Shown here: positions 9,771 through 19,300 of the stretch, in pieces
Layout of the letters: each line of letters begins with the position of its first letter
How positions within the stretch are numbered: the stretch's first letter is position 1
From: Candidatus Thorarchaeota archaeon
GTDB lineage: Archaea > Asgardarchaeota > Thorarchaeia > Thorarchaeales > Thorarchaeaceae
DNA: 64,000 nucleotides
NCBI GenBank assembly: GCA_020348985.1
Contig: CP070761.1
Span: forward strand, 1,764,591-1,828,590
Reading direction: 5' to 3'
The notes under the pieces: generated by a model
Seen by the model: the letters and a program-made list of their open reading frames with translations, nothing else
What the model was told of the DNA's origin: nothing
Databases searched by the model: none
Made by a program: the position numbers and the translations under genes

Positions 9771-10034
9771 ATGGTTGATCCAAATGTCATAATCATTCGC
9801 CCTATTGTCACTGAGGCAAGCTTGGAAGCTGTTGACAACGAGAACAAGCTCACTTTCTTTGTCATTCGTACTTCCAATAAGAACACAATCAAGTGGGCCG
9901 TGGAGTCCCTTTACGAGGTTGTTGTCGAGAAGGTCAACACGATGATAATGCCAGATGGGACGAAGAAGGCATTCGTGCGACTAGCGCCGGAGTACAGCGC
10001 AGCCGAAGTCGCAACAAAGCTGGGGATATTCTAA
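9771..10034 (+). CDS. rpl23: 50S ribosomal protein L23
   Basis: PIVTE, ENKLTF, VNT, KKAFVRL; start ATG 9771. Confidence 0.97.
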   Translation: MVDPNVIIIRPIVTEASLEAVDNENKLTFFVIRTSNKNTIKWAVESLYEVVVEKVNTMIMPDGTKKAFVRLAPEYSAAEVATKLGIF

Positions 10035-10046
10035 GGAGGGATTTCA

Positions 10047-10766
10047 ATGGGTAGACGTATTCTAGTTCAAAGAAAGGGTCGCGGTACAACTCAGTGGCGT
10101 AGTCCTAGTCACAAGAAAATCGCTCCTGCAAGACATCCCAAGTGGGCACCTGACAAGACCTACATCGGCAGAGTCATTGACATGCATCATGAATCTGGTC
10201 GTGGTGCACCTCTGGCTGAGATCAAGTATGAGGAAGAATCGAAAGTCCACTATATGGTTGCCCCGGAGGGGATATTCGTGGGCCAAGTCATTGAGTGTGG
10301 CCCAGATGCTGCATTGGCAAATGGTAACACACTGATGCTTGAACATATCCCAGAAGGTACTCCAATCTACAACATTGAAGGCAGTCCGGGAGACGGTGGC
10401 AAGTTTGTCAAATCCTCTGGTCTTGCTGCTACGATTATTTCTGCAGACAAGACCAAGGCTATGGTTCGTCTTCCAAGTGGGACCCAGAAGGCCTTCAGTC
10501 CACGATGCAGGGCCACAGTCGGAATTGTAGCCGGAGGTGGTCGCCCTGAGAAACCATTCCTCAAGGCTGGCACTGTGTGGCATCACACACGCGGAAAGGC
10601 TCGAAAATGGCCTGTCACAAGAGGTGCAGCAATGGTCGCAGCTTCACATCCGCATGGTGGTGGTTCACATCAATCACCCGGTAGACCGACGACTGTGAGT
10701 CGACATGCGCCGCCAGGTCGAAAGGTGGGCAACATTGCAGCCAGACGCACTGGTCGGAAGAAGTAG
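10047..10766 (+). CDS. rpl2: 50S ribosomal protein L2
   Basis: MGRRILVQRKGRG, HPHGGG, APPGRKVGNIAARRTG. Confidence 0.98.
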   Translation: MGRRILVQRKGRGTTQWRSPSHKKIAPARHPKWAPDKTYIGRVIDMHHESGRGAPLAEIKYEEESKVHYMVAPEGIFVGQVIECGPDAALANGNTLMLEHIPEGTPIYNIEGSPGDGGKFVKSSGLAATIISADKTKAMVRLPSGTQKAFSPRCRATVGIVAGGGRPEKPFLKAGTVWHHTRGKARKWPVTRGAAMVAASHPHGGGSHQSPGRPTTVSRHAPPGRKVGNIAARRTGRKK

Positions 10767-10783
10767 ACAACAACTGTAGAGAT

Positions 10784-10822
10784 GAAGAGGAGCAACCTCT
10801 TCTCTCACGATTTCTTCTTTTC
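10784..10822 (+). terminator. Hairpin plus pyrimidine tract after rpl2
   Basis: GAAGAGG-agcaa-CCTCTTC followed by tttcttctttt. Confidence 0.55.
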
Positions 10823-10913
10823 CAGCTCGCTTAGCTGACGTTCTAGTTCATGTCCCACCTGTATTACTCACAGCCATATCCTGAGAGTATGCAAATCCAG
10901 TTGGGACTGTTCC

Positions 10914-11099
10914 ATGCGACTCATTGCCGTCCATTTACCAGAGAGAATTGTCAGCGATATCGAGCGCTTAGTAGAGAAGGGACTCTATCCAAATCGGTCC
11001 GAAACAATACGGATTGCTATTCGAGACCTCCTGAAACGCGAGCTTTGGGATCGTGGTAATAGTGAGCACAAACCCGTGATAGAGGTGGCCAAAAAGTGA
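10914..11099 (+). CDS. cdrS: Ribbon-helix-helix regulator, CdrS-like
   Basis: VHLP...IERLVEKGLYPNRSETIRIAIRDLL; overlaps the ftsZ start by 4 bp, as in cdrS-ftsZ2 operons. Confidence 0.82.
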   Translation: MRLIAVHLPERIVSDIERLVEKGLYPNRSETIRIAIRDLLKRELWDRGNSEHKPVIEVAKK

Positions 11100-12364
11100 G
11101 ATCGCTCATAGACTCTGCGAGAGAGCACAGTCGAGGGGAGAGGAGCACATCTCCTACTAGGGACATGGGACAGGCTAGGATTGTTGTTGTTGGTTGCGGT
11201 GGAGCAGGAAATAACACAATCAAGCGTTTGATGACGATTGGTGTACAAGGTGCGGAGTGTGTTGCTATAAACACAGACAAACAGCATCTCGCTGTCACTA
11301 CGGCGCACAGGAAGCTCTTGATTGGGGAGAAGACAACTCGAGGTCTGGGCGCTGGAGGCTACCCACACGTTGGACGAGCTGCAGCTGAAGAAAGCACCCA
11401 ACAGATTTCTGAGCTTCTCCGTGACGCTGATCTTGTCTTTATCGCTGCAGGAATGGGCGGGGGTACAGGCACAGGTAGTGCTCCAGTGGTTGCAGATATT
11501 GCAAAGAAGAACGATGCCATTGTCGTTGGAGTCGTAACAATGCCTTTCGATCTTGAAAGGAATCGAATGGACAAAGCGAAGTCAGGCTTGGCAAGGTTAC
11601 AGGAGAATACGGACACAACGGTTGTGATCGATAATCAGAAGCTAATGGAACTCGTTCCCGATCTTCCACTTGAGGAGGCTTTTGGTGTTGCAGATGAAGT
11701 ACTAGCAGGCTTCGTGAAAGGAATAACTGAGACAATCGCTCTCCCAAGCCTAATCAATCTGGACTATGCTGATGTAAGATCGATAATCTGCAATGGCGGA
11801 GTTGCGCTAGTAGGCATAGGAGAGGCAACAGGGTCAGATAGGGCAGAAGAGGCAATCAGAAACGCGCTGAATAGTCCACTTCTTGAAGTTGAATGGGGTG
11901 GAGCAACTGGTGCTCTCATACATATTACGGGCGGTCCCGACATGTCGCTTGCTGAAGCAAACAATGTGGGTGATCAGGTATCTAAGAAGATGAGTGAGGA
12001 AGCGACCGTCATTTGGGGTGCTCGAGTCGACCCACGGCTGACCGGCATGTTACGTGTAATGTTGATACTTACGGGAGTCAAGAGTCCACAACTACTCCCA
12101 CGTGCAAAAGAAGAACCAAAGACGGAGCCTGTAAGAAAGCGTTTGGCTGACCTTGGCATCCTTGCCACTTACGCAAGTTCCACTTCGCGTAAGGCAAAGT
12201 TACCAGCAGTTGGCAAGATTCCCTCAGTGTCTGGTGCAAAGTCGTGGGAAGAGCGATTGAAGCCTCTGGAAAAGCGATTGTCTACTCCTCGACCGGAATC
12301 GGAGAAGAAGGTCGAGAGAAAGAGCATTGAGGAGCTCGGTCTTCGCAGACTCTTTCGACAATGA
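11096..12364 (+). CDS. ftsZ: Cell division protein FtsZ (FtsZ2-type)
   Basis: GCGGAGNN, AINTD, GMGGGTGTG, INLDYADV; cdrS directly upstream. Confidence 0.96.
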   Translation: MRSLIDSAREHSRGERSTSPTRDMGQARIVVVGCGGAGNNTIKRLMTIGVQGAECVAINTDKQHLAVTTAHRKLLIGEKTTRGLGAGGYPHVGRAAAEESTQQISELLRDADLVFIAAGMGGGTGTGSAPVVADIAKKNDAIVVGVVTMPFDLERNRMDKAKSGLARLQENTDTTVVIDNQKLMELVPDLPLEEAFGVADEVLAGFVKGITETIALPSLINLDYADVRSIICNGGVALVGIGEATGSDRAEEAIRNALNSPLLEVEWGGATGALIHITGGPDMSLAEANNVGDQVSKKMSEEATVIWGARVDPRLTGMLRVMLILTGVKSPQLLPRAKEEPKTEPVRKRLADLGILATYASSTSRKAKLPAVGKIPSVSGAKSWEERLKPLEKRLSTPRPESEKKVERKSIEELGLRRLFRQ

Positions 12365-12482
12365 GCGCAATGTCGTGACAAGCGGGCGTCCGAAGCCTTG
12401 TGCAAACCTAGTCTAGACTAGCTGAACTCAGGTGGCTACACCTGTCGATTAGTCTTCTATTCCATTCAGTAACTATCTGTAG

Positions 12483-12935
12483 CTATTCTTCTTCTTCAGA
12501 AGATACACCAAGACCTCTCTCTTGAAGCCAGGGCTCAGCAATCTGTACAACACGCTCGTATAATGGGCCGCTTCCTTCGACCCCTGTTGGTGTTATTCGG
12601 ATTTTGTTCATCACAACAACTACCTTAGTATCCGCGTAGTATCGAACACCTCCAGGTGGAAACACTTTCTCTAGCTCCCTGACCAGCCCTTCCAGACTGA
12701 TCTCCTCCTCTGCAACAGAGAATGAAACTATGCTGCTTCCGTAAAGGAAGATTTTTGGAATCTTCTCACCATCTTCTGCGACTACTTCGGTCAAGACTAT
12801 ACTGAGATTATTCTGATCGACTCCCTTGAGAGTGCCAGAGTAGACCTTTCCTGTGGTAATGGCGACAGTCACTGTTGCGCCAACTACTGATGCAAGTTCT
12901 CGATTAAACGCTCTTAATGCTGCGACTTCAGACAC
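12483..12935 (-). CDS. Sm-like RNA-binding protein with C-terminal domain (SmAP3-type)
   Basis: Sm fold (GKVYSGTLKGVD..LSIVL) plus C-terminal domain with GVEGSGPL. Confidence 0.85.
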   Translation of the reverse strand: MSEVAALRAFNRELASVVGATVTVAITTGKVYSGTLKGVDQNNLSIVLTEVVAEDGEKIPKIFLYGSSIVSFSVAEEEISLEGLVRELEKVFPPGGVRYYADTKVVVVMNKIRITPTGVEGSGPLYERVVQIAEPWLQERGLGVSSEEEE

Positions 12936-13110
12936 CTAGTATCACCTTATGCGAGTAATCTGCTAGTGGAAGGCCAGTTGATGCTGTTTTAAAGGCTGTG
13001 CTGAGGCGAAGTTCACCAAGCTCGAAACCAATAGTTCTGAAGGGTCATTAGACATCGCAATCCACCTGTAGGGAATGGATTATTAGAGTCTCTACTAGGA
13101 AGAACACGGA

Positions 13111-13947
13111 GTGAATAGCTTGAGCCACTTCGCCTTGGAGTATCTTCGAACAGAAACGCTACCACAGCCATTCTGTCCTGGCTGCGGAAATGGAACGATC
13201 ACTAATTCGTTTCTTAGAGCAGTCAAGGATCTCGATCATGATGATCTCAGTGCATTCGCTTTTGTGTCTGGAATAGGATGCGGGGCGTGGATTCCGTCTC
13301 CACATTTCAAAGCCGACACCTTGCACACTACCCACGGAAGAGCTGTCGCATTTGCGACAGGCCTCAAACTTGCCAACCCCGAACTCCGAGTAGTTGTGAT
13401 ATCTGGAGATGGTGACCTTGCTGGTATTGGCGGAAACCATCTCATCCATGCCGCTCGTAGGAACATGGACATGACGGTGATATGTAGCAATAACTACAAC
13501 TACGGAATGACAGGTGGACAGGTGAGTCCAACTACGTTCTTAGGAGATACAACGGCAACCACTCCCCATGGAAACCCCGAAAGACCCTTCGATCTTTGTG
13601 GTCTTGTTGCTGCAGCTGGGGCCAACTATGTAGCCCGGTGGACTACAGCACATCCAGTACAGGCGTCACGGGCTATAAAGACCGCATTGGAGAGGAGAGG
13701 ATTCACCTTCATAGACATTCTAAGCCAATGCCCAACTGCATACGGAAGGAGCGCAAAGGTTGGGACCGCTCAAGACTTCTTCAAATGGTTCAAGAAACTG
13801 AAGGTGAGAAAGAAGGACCAGCCAGTGTTTCACACAACTCCCACTCCGGAGAATATGGAGCTCGGCGTCTTCGTGGATAGAGATGAACCTAGTTTCCTTG
13901 ATACTATCGAAGATGTAATCTACAGTCGGAGGAAAAAGATAGAGTGA
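13111..13947 (+). CDS. korB: 2-oxoacid:ferredoxin oxidoreductase beta subunit
   Basis: CPGCG, SGIGC, HTTHGRA, GDGD...GGNH, YGMTGGQ. Confidence 0.92.
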   Translation: MNSLSHFALEYLRTETLPQPFCPGCGNGTITNSFLRAVKDLDHDDLSAFAFVSGIGCGAWIPSPHFKADTLHTTHGRAVAFATGLKLANPELRVVVISGDGDLAGIGGNHLIHAARRNMDMTVICSNNYNYGMTGGQVSPTTFLGDTTATTPHGNPERPFDLCGLVAAAGANYVARWTTAHPVQASRAIKTALERRGFTFIDILSQCPTAYGRSAKVGTAQDFFKWFKKLKVRKKDQPVFHTTPTPENMELGVFVDRDEPSFLDTIEDVIYSRRKKIE

Positions 13948-14471
13948 GAAATGAAATCCGCATAGGCGGCAGCGGCGGAATGGGCGTCGTCCTCGCAGGT
14001 GTCATCTTGGGTCACGCAGCAGTAGTCCATGCAGGATTGAATGCAGTGCAAAGCCAGAGCTATGGTCCAGAAGCAAGAGGTACCGCAGCCAAGAGTGAGG
14101 TTATCATAAGTGATGAGCCCATACGCTTTCCCAAAGTGAGGGACTCGGACTACCTAATTGCCATGAACCAAGATGCATTCAACAAGTATCTAGAGAGAGC
14201 TAGAGATGGAAGTACAGTCATCGTTGATCCCGACTTGGTTACAGTCGGCAAAGACCAGAAGGAATACGACTTCATTCCAGTCCCAGCGATGGCCACGGCA
14301 GACGGACTAGGACTTAGGCTGGTTTCGAACATGGTCATGCTTGGAGCACTGACTGCAAAGGCAGGCATGTTTTCAATTCAGGCTGTTGAGAAAGCTATAG
14401 CTGATATAGTACCATCAAAGTTCCAAGAATTGGATATCAAGGCAGTTCGGGCAGGTTCGGAACTTGTCTAG
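13944..14471 (+). CDS. korC: 2-oxoacid:ferredoxin oxidoreductase gamma subunit
   Basis: G.GG.GV..AG, QSYGPEARG, NMVMLGA. Confidence 0.9.
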   Translation: MRNEIRIGGSGGMGVVLAGVILGHAAVVHAGLNAVQSQSYGPEARGTAAKSEVIISDEPIRFPKVRDSDYLIAMNQDAFNKYLERARDGSTVIVDPDLVTVGKDQKEYDFIPVPAMATADGLGLRLVSNMVMLGALTAKAGMFSIQAVEKAIADIVPSKFQELDIKAVRAGSELV

Positions 14472-14749
14472 ACGCCTCCATGGATTAGTGGGAGGATAAC
14501 AATCTCGTCCTCATTTCCAAGTACTGTATCAATCCCTCCAGTGAGGCCAATATCTGCTCCATTGCACATGACAAGTGCTTCGCGGTCTACATGCTCCGGA
14601 CTAGTCCAAACTTGCCTGACGGAATCATTGCTCTCTATGAGGACCGTAATCGCTTCCCTTACTGTACTCCCTTTTCTTAGCTCTAAATTGACAGAGTTCT
14701 CATTCAGAGTCCTGGCCAATGGGCCTCGGAGTCGGACAGTTATCTTCAT
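14468..14749 (-). CDS. Urm1/SAMP/MoaD-like ubiquitin-fold protein
   Basis: Beta-grasp pattern, NG.DI...GGIDT.L...DEIVILPLIHGG followed by Val. Confidence 0.85.
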   Translation of the reverse strand: MKITVRLRGPLARTLNENSVNLELRKGSTVREAITVLIESNDSVRQVWTSPEHVDREALVMCNGADIGLTGGIDTVLGNEDEIVILPLIHGGV

Positions 14750-14890
14750 CGTGCTTGGGAAAGCGGAAGACTATTCTCTGATAAAGGGCGCGGACTCGCC
14801 ATAAGAATTACATAGACAGTAAAAGAGATATTCGTAGCTCGACTGGCCCGAGTAATCGTCTTATCTTTGTGTAGGGATGCTGCATCAATC

Positions 14891-16363
14891 ATGGAGCAAG
14901 AGCAATCTCCGTCAGCTGAAACTGGCATTGTTTCAAGCACATACGCTCGAATCTTTGGGCTCGAGCAGCCGACTGAGAATGCAGTCCGTCTAGTGAAGAC
15001 CCTGTCAGTCTTGCTTCCCTCGTTTGCAGTATCATTTCAGATTTCTACGACGTTCTACATGCTCTTCATTGCGGAGACTCTCGGCGGTGGCGATTACGTA
15101 GTAGGCCTCACCATGGTTGGAATCCTTGTTGTGTTCCAAATGGCTGTCCAGACAGCACTTGACTATCCTACCGGAGCTTTGGGTGATTGGATTGGCCAAC
15201 GGTACGTGATTGCATCTGCTCTCTTCTGCTATGCAATAGCATTCTGGTTCACGTCCACGGTTACTCCTACGACTCCATTTCCAGTATTCTTGTTGATCTA
15301 TGGGTTGTTCGGTCTGGGTGCATCTCAAGAGAGTGGGGCGTTCAACGCATGGTTCGACAACAACTATCGCGTTGCGATGCCGCATGACGAGGACCGCAAG
15401 CAATACGGCGTCTTTTGGGGGCGAGTTGGAATGGTCTGGCAGGTGTCGGCTACTGTGGTACTAATCCCAGGGTCCTACCTTGCTCTTGTCTTCCAGAGGA
15501 CTTGGGTATTTCTTCTGCAGGCATTCCTTGCTGGTGGTCTCGCGATTGCAGTACTTGTTCTGGTGAGAGATCTTCCAGGTGCAAGACCGGAGCGCGGAGA
15601 GAGACCCTCACTTAGCGAGTACGGTTCTCTTCTCAAGGATGGGGTGAAGTTCCTTGGCTCGAGCCGCTTTGTGACTTTCATCATCTTCGGTGAGGTGATT
15701 TTGTGGAGCACGGGACCTGTATGGTGGAACATTTTGCTGTTCCCGTTGTATGCCTGGTACTTGATCTCAGACATCGCAATATCATCATTCAGAACAATGG
15801 TGTTTCTTCCTCAAGCGCTGGCCAATGAGAGAAGTGGAATCTGGTCTAGAAGATTCGAGCCCTCCGAATGGATTCCGCGATTTCGCTTTCTTCAGTTTGG
15901 AGGTTTCGTGTTCTACCTGCTTTTGGCCTCCATTACCTACATATTCCCACCAGCGGCAAGTACTGCTGCCACTATTCCGTTCATTGACTTCCCAGTGGAT
16001 TCTCTCATTCCGGTAGCGCTGATATTCGCAACATTCGTCGCAGTCGGTATATTTGGAGGTATGGCGCAGATTCTCACGCAACGAGTCATGATTGACGTCA
16101 TACCAAACAGAATCAGAAACAGCATGTACTCCCTTCAGCCTACTCTAGCAATGCTGGTAGCAATGCCGATTATGCTCTTCACAAGTTGGATTATTCCATT
16201 CACTGGCGGCTTTCCCCCAGCGATGGTTGTGCTGGCATTCATCACTCTGGGTGGTGCTCTCATGATTAGAAAGGCATTCACATATCCAATTGCCAAGGCG
16301 GAGGACATAGCACCTGCTACGCAAGAAGAGATACAAGAAGTAGAAGAGCTAGAAGTCACTTAG
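14891..16363 (+). CDS. MFS transporter
   Basis: About 12 TM segments, DYPTGALGDWIGQR motif A, SGA..AW; probable start ATG 14891. Confidence 0.85.
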   Translation: MEQEQSPSAETGIVSSTYARIFGLEQPTENAVRLVKTLSVLLPSFAVSFQISTTFYMLFIAETLGGGDYVVGLTMVGILVVFQMAVQTALDYPTGALGDWIGQRYVIASALFCYAIAFWFTSTVTPTTPFPVFLLIYGLFGLGASQESGAFNAWFDNNYRVAMPHDEDRKQYGVFWGRVGMVWQVSATVVLIPGSYLALVFQRTWVFLLQAFLAGGLAIAVLVLVRDLPGARPERGERPSLSEYGSLLKDGVKFLGSSRFVTFIIFGEVILWSTGPVWWNILLFPLYAWYLISDIAISSFRTMVFLPQALANERSGIWSRRFEPSEWIPRFRFLQFGGFVFYLLLASITYIFPPAASTAATIPFIDFPVDSLIPVALIFATFVAVGIFGGMAQILTQRVMIDVIPNRIRNSMYSLQPTLAMLVAMPIMLFTSWIIPFTGGFPPAMVVLAFITLGGALMIRKAFTYPIAKAEDIAPATQEEIQEVEELEVT

Positions 16364-16413
16364 TCTTCTCAAGAAAGAGAGATGGGATAGAAGGCCAGAG
16401 GCCTCCACCCAGA

Positions 16414-17370
16414 TTATAGCCCAAAGGATTGCTTCAACACTTTGGGGTCCAATGCTCCAGCCTTGTAGGTCCTGCCCTTCACAATATCATTTATCGTGAC
16501 TTCAGCGGGACTGAACAGCAATGGATCCACCTTATAGAAGTCAAACTCCACAGACTTGAACAGGTCGTAGAATGGCTTCCCGTATTGCTCCGAAGCAGAT
16601 GATGGGACCTTCTTCACAAGTTCCTCAAGATCATCGTCATCATCTGGAGTGACGAAATAGAAAGTCCTACCTGCATACAGAATGCAATCATTCGTTATGC
16701 CCATGGCCCTGTTATCACTCTTGGCAACAGGTCCGATTGGCGCTACTCCATGTCCCGCTTTGATCTTGTCTGGATCGAATTTGATTTCATGCAGCTTATG
16801 GACGCCGACCTCAACGATACGCGCAGAAATCTGAACCGAGCCAGCAATACACGCAGTCGGAGCCAACACACAATAGAGTTCAGAGGCTGGGATGCCACAC
16901 TTCTCAGCAATGAAATCGGTGACATTCTCCGGAGGCGGATTTCTGGTCTCAAGTAGAATCACACCCACCTTGGCCTTGTCTTTGTAGTCTAGCTCTTCGT
17001 ACAGTTTCTTCTCAACAACTGCAAGAGCTCGGGCTGGGCCAGAACCCATTGCGAAGTACTTTTCGACGTTGATTACCCATCCAGCATACTGGGAGCCCAG
17101 CGTGGCAACTTTCGGATGGTCAGTACTGACTATGACTGCAGGAAACGACATATCGCCTACAAACATGTCACTTATCCTGACAGTTCCCAGTCCACCGAGG
17201 CATATCTCTCCCAGAAGCCTGCCTGCTTCAATGCCTCCGGCGACCTCGATTCCTGCATCAATCAGAGTCGCTCCATTGCCTTGCTCGGATACCGCGCAAT
17301 TCAGCTCCTCCTTCCTATCCATGATTTCCTTGACAATCTCCAGTCCTTTCTCGTTAACACTCAATGTCAT
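16414..17370 (-). CDS. mch: Methenyl-H4MPT cyclohydrolase
   Basis: LSVNE, EICLGGLG, LGSQYAGW, GSGPARAL, FYKVDPLLFSPA. Confidence 0.96.
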   Translation of the reverse strand: MTLSVNEKGLEIVKEIMDRKEELNCAVSEQGNGATLIDAGIEVAGGIEAGRLLGEICLGGLGTVRISDMFVGDMSFPAVIVSTDHPKVATLGSQYAGWVINVEKYFAMGSGPARALAVVEKKLYEELDYKDKAKVGVILLETRNPPPENVTDFIAEKCGIPASELYCVLAPTACIAGSVQISARIVEVGVHKLHEIKFDPDKIKAGHGVAPIGPVAKSDNRAMGITNDCILYAGRTFYFVTPDDDDDLEELVKKVPSSASEQYGKPFYDLFKSVEFDFYKVDPLLFSPAEVTINDIVKGRTYKAGALDPKVLKQSFGL

Positions 17371-17383
17371 CCTTCAGTCTCCC

Positions 17384-18238
17384 TTAAAGCAGATGTTCAC
17401 TATTGACGGCTCGGACATAGATCTCTTCTTTCGGGTCTCCCTCCGCGAAGTCGCCCATGAACTTCGCCCACTTCTCCGAGATGTCTATGTCTTCAGTGAG
17501 AAAATCAGGTCTCCGGTTCTTCAAGTATCTCAGGTAGTAGTTGACAAACTCTCTTTCTGAGCTACCACTGAATTTGTACGTAGGTAACAGGGCATCGATC
17601 TTTCCAAGGCACAGGATCATTCCCTTGGTGGCTTCAACACCAACCCGTTCGTCAATGTTGCCGACCACAAGGATAGTACCCCCTTTCATACGAACACCAG
17701 CTAGCTCTCCGACATTGCCCTTAACAGCAATGAATCCTTTACGCATGTGTGCAGCCATCTCTCTTCCAGCATCACCTGCAACATACACACGACCGCCAGT
17801 CATACCATCTGGACTTCCACGATACCCGGCGCACAGATAATCACCTGCATCGCCCTCTATCTGGATATTACCACCCTGCATCTCTGCGGCCGCCCAAGCT
17901 CCCACAGATCCCTTCACATGGATACGACCAGCAATCATCTCTGCGCCAAGATACATTCCAGTGTTACCATCAACGGTGATTCTGCCGCCATTCATCCCTT
18001 TTCCAACCATCTTGACCTGTCGAAGGTCGCCGCTTACTGAAATCTCAGTTTCATCTGCAGTCGGGCCTGAATCGCCCTCGACACTGAAGAAGGAACCTAG
18101 CTCAACGGTTTGATTACCCTGCAGCACTGGCAGTTTCTTTATCTCAGCGACGCTTTTGCCTGCAAAATGAGATGGGGTTATGGAGTCTGCTTCAACCGGG
18201 ATGTCTGGTACTTGAGTCAGCTTCAGATAGACCGTCAT
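17384..18238 (-). CDS. fwdC: Formylmethanofuran dehydrogenase subunit C (FwdC/FhcC)
   Basis: GXGXG repeats (M.GG.I.V.G..G), PVEADSITP. Confidence 0.9.
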   Translation of the reverse strand: MTVYLKLTQVPDIPVEADSITPSHFAGKSVAEIKKLPVLQGNQTVELGSFFSVEGDSGPTADETEISVSGDLRQVKMVGKGMNGGRITVDGNTGMYLGAEMIAGRIHVKGSVGAWAAAEMQGGNIQIEGDAGDYLCAGYRGSPDGMTGGRVYVAGDAGREMAAHMRKGFIAVKGNVGELAGVRMKGGTILVVGNIDERVGVEATKGMILCLGKIDALLPTYKFSGSSEREFVNYYLRYLKNRRPDFLTEDIDISEKWAKFMGDFAEGDPKEEIYVRAVNSEHLL

Positions 18239-18389
18239 TGCTCAGACCATCCTGAGCTGGGTGGGCAGCTCACCCTCTGATAAATCCTGTGAAGAACTTC
18301 GAACGTTACTCTATCCTCTATCAGAAAATGGCAAGAAAGAAAAGGGCGCTCGCTGCCTACCGACCTCGCCAAACGTGGTGGTGTGCAGA

Positions 18390-19286
18390 ATGGAGATTAA
18401 TGGCGTACCTATCGAGGACACCTTTGCTGAAGCATTCTCAATGCATATGAACAGGACAATTATCACTGCCTATGATTTGGACTGGGCACGTACAACTGCT
18501 CTTGAGACGACTGGGTTCGGCACATCAGTCATAATGGCCCCGTCCGAGGCTGGCATTGAGTACATAATGAGTCCCGATCAGACTCCGGATGGACGTCCTG
18601 GAGTCAGAGTCATCTTCGCCACTGGAAAGAAGGACGCTTTGGAGACCCAACTTCTCGCTCGTCTTGGACAATGTGTTCTTACAAGTCCAACAGCCTCCGC
18701 GTTTGATGATACGCCCGACCCCAGCGGGAAGTTTGTCATCGGAAAGAAGATTTCCCTCTTCGGAGACGGTTATGAGATCAAGAAAGGACCTATAGACGGA
18801 AGAGTCCTCTGGCTGATTCCCAGGATGAGCGGAACATGTGTTCTTCAAAACGAATTTGGAAGGGTAAAAGGGGTTGCTGGCGGCAACATAATCTACTGCT
18901 GTGAGGACGTCGAAAGTGGAATGAACAGCGGGAAAGCCGCAGTCAGGGCAATCGAAGGGGTTGAAGGAGCGTACACACCGTTTCCTGGCGGACTTGTTGG
19001 CTCTGGTTCCAAACCCTCTTCAAAGTACAAGGTCCTGTTCGCATCAACAAACGAGAAGTTCTGTCCCACTCTACGAGCCATGGTTCCTGACACTGAGATT
19101 CCAAAGGGAAGTGAGTTCGTGCAGGAGATTGTAATCAACGGACTAACGGAAGAAGCTGTAGCTGAAGCTACTAAGGTCGCAATTGAGGAAGTCTGCAAGC
19201 ATCCAGGAATTACCAAGATGACAGCTGGGAACTATGGGGGAAAGCTAGGGAAGTACCAGATTAGACTCCATGACCTGTTCAAATAG
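18390..19286 (+). CDS. ftr: Formylmethanofuran:H4MPT formyltransferase
   Basis: MEINGVPIEDTFAEAF, TPDGRPG, GQCVLT, AGNYGGKLG; start ATG 18390. Confidence 0.96.
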   Translation: MEINGVPIEDTFAEAFSMHMNRTIITAYDLDWARTTALETTGFGTSVIMAPSEAGIEYIMSPDQTPDGRPGVRVIFATGKKDALETQLLARLGQCVLTSPTASAFDDTPDPSGKFVIGKKISLFGDGYEIKKGPIDGRVLWLIPRMSGTCVLQNEFGRVKGVAGGNIIYCCEDVESGMNSGKAAVRAIEGVEGAYTPFPGGLVGSGSKPSSKYKVLFASTNEKFCPTLRAMVPDTEIPKGSEFVQEIVINGLTEEAVAEATKVAIEEVCKHPGITKMTAGNYGGKLGKYQIRLHDLFK

Positions 19287-19300
19287 ATAGACTCAGCACA

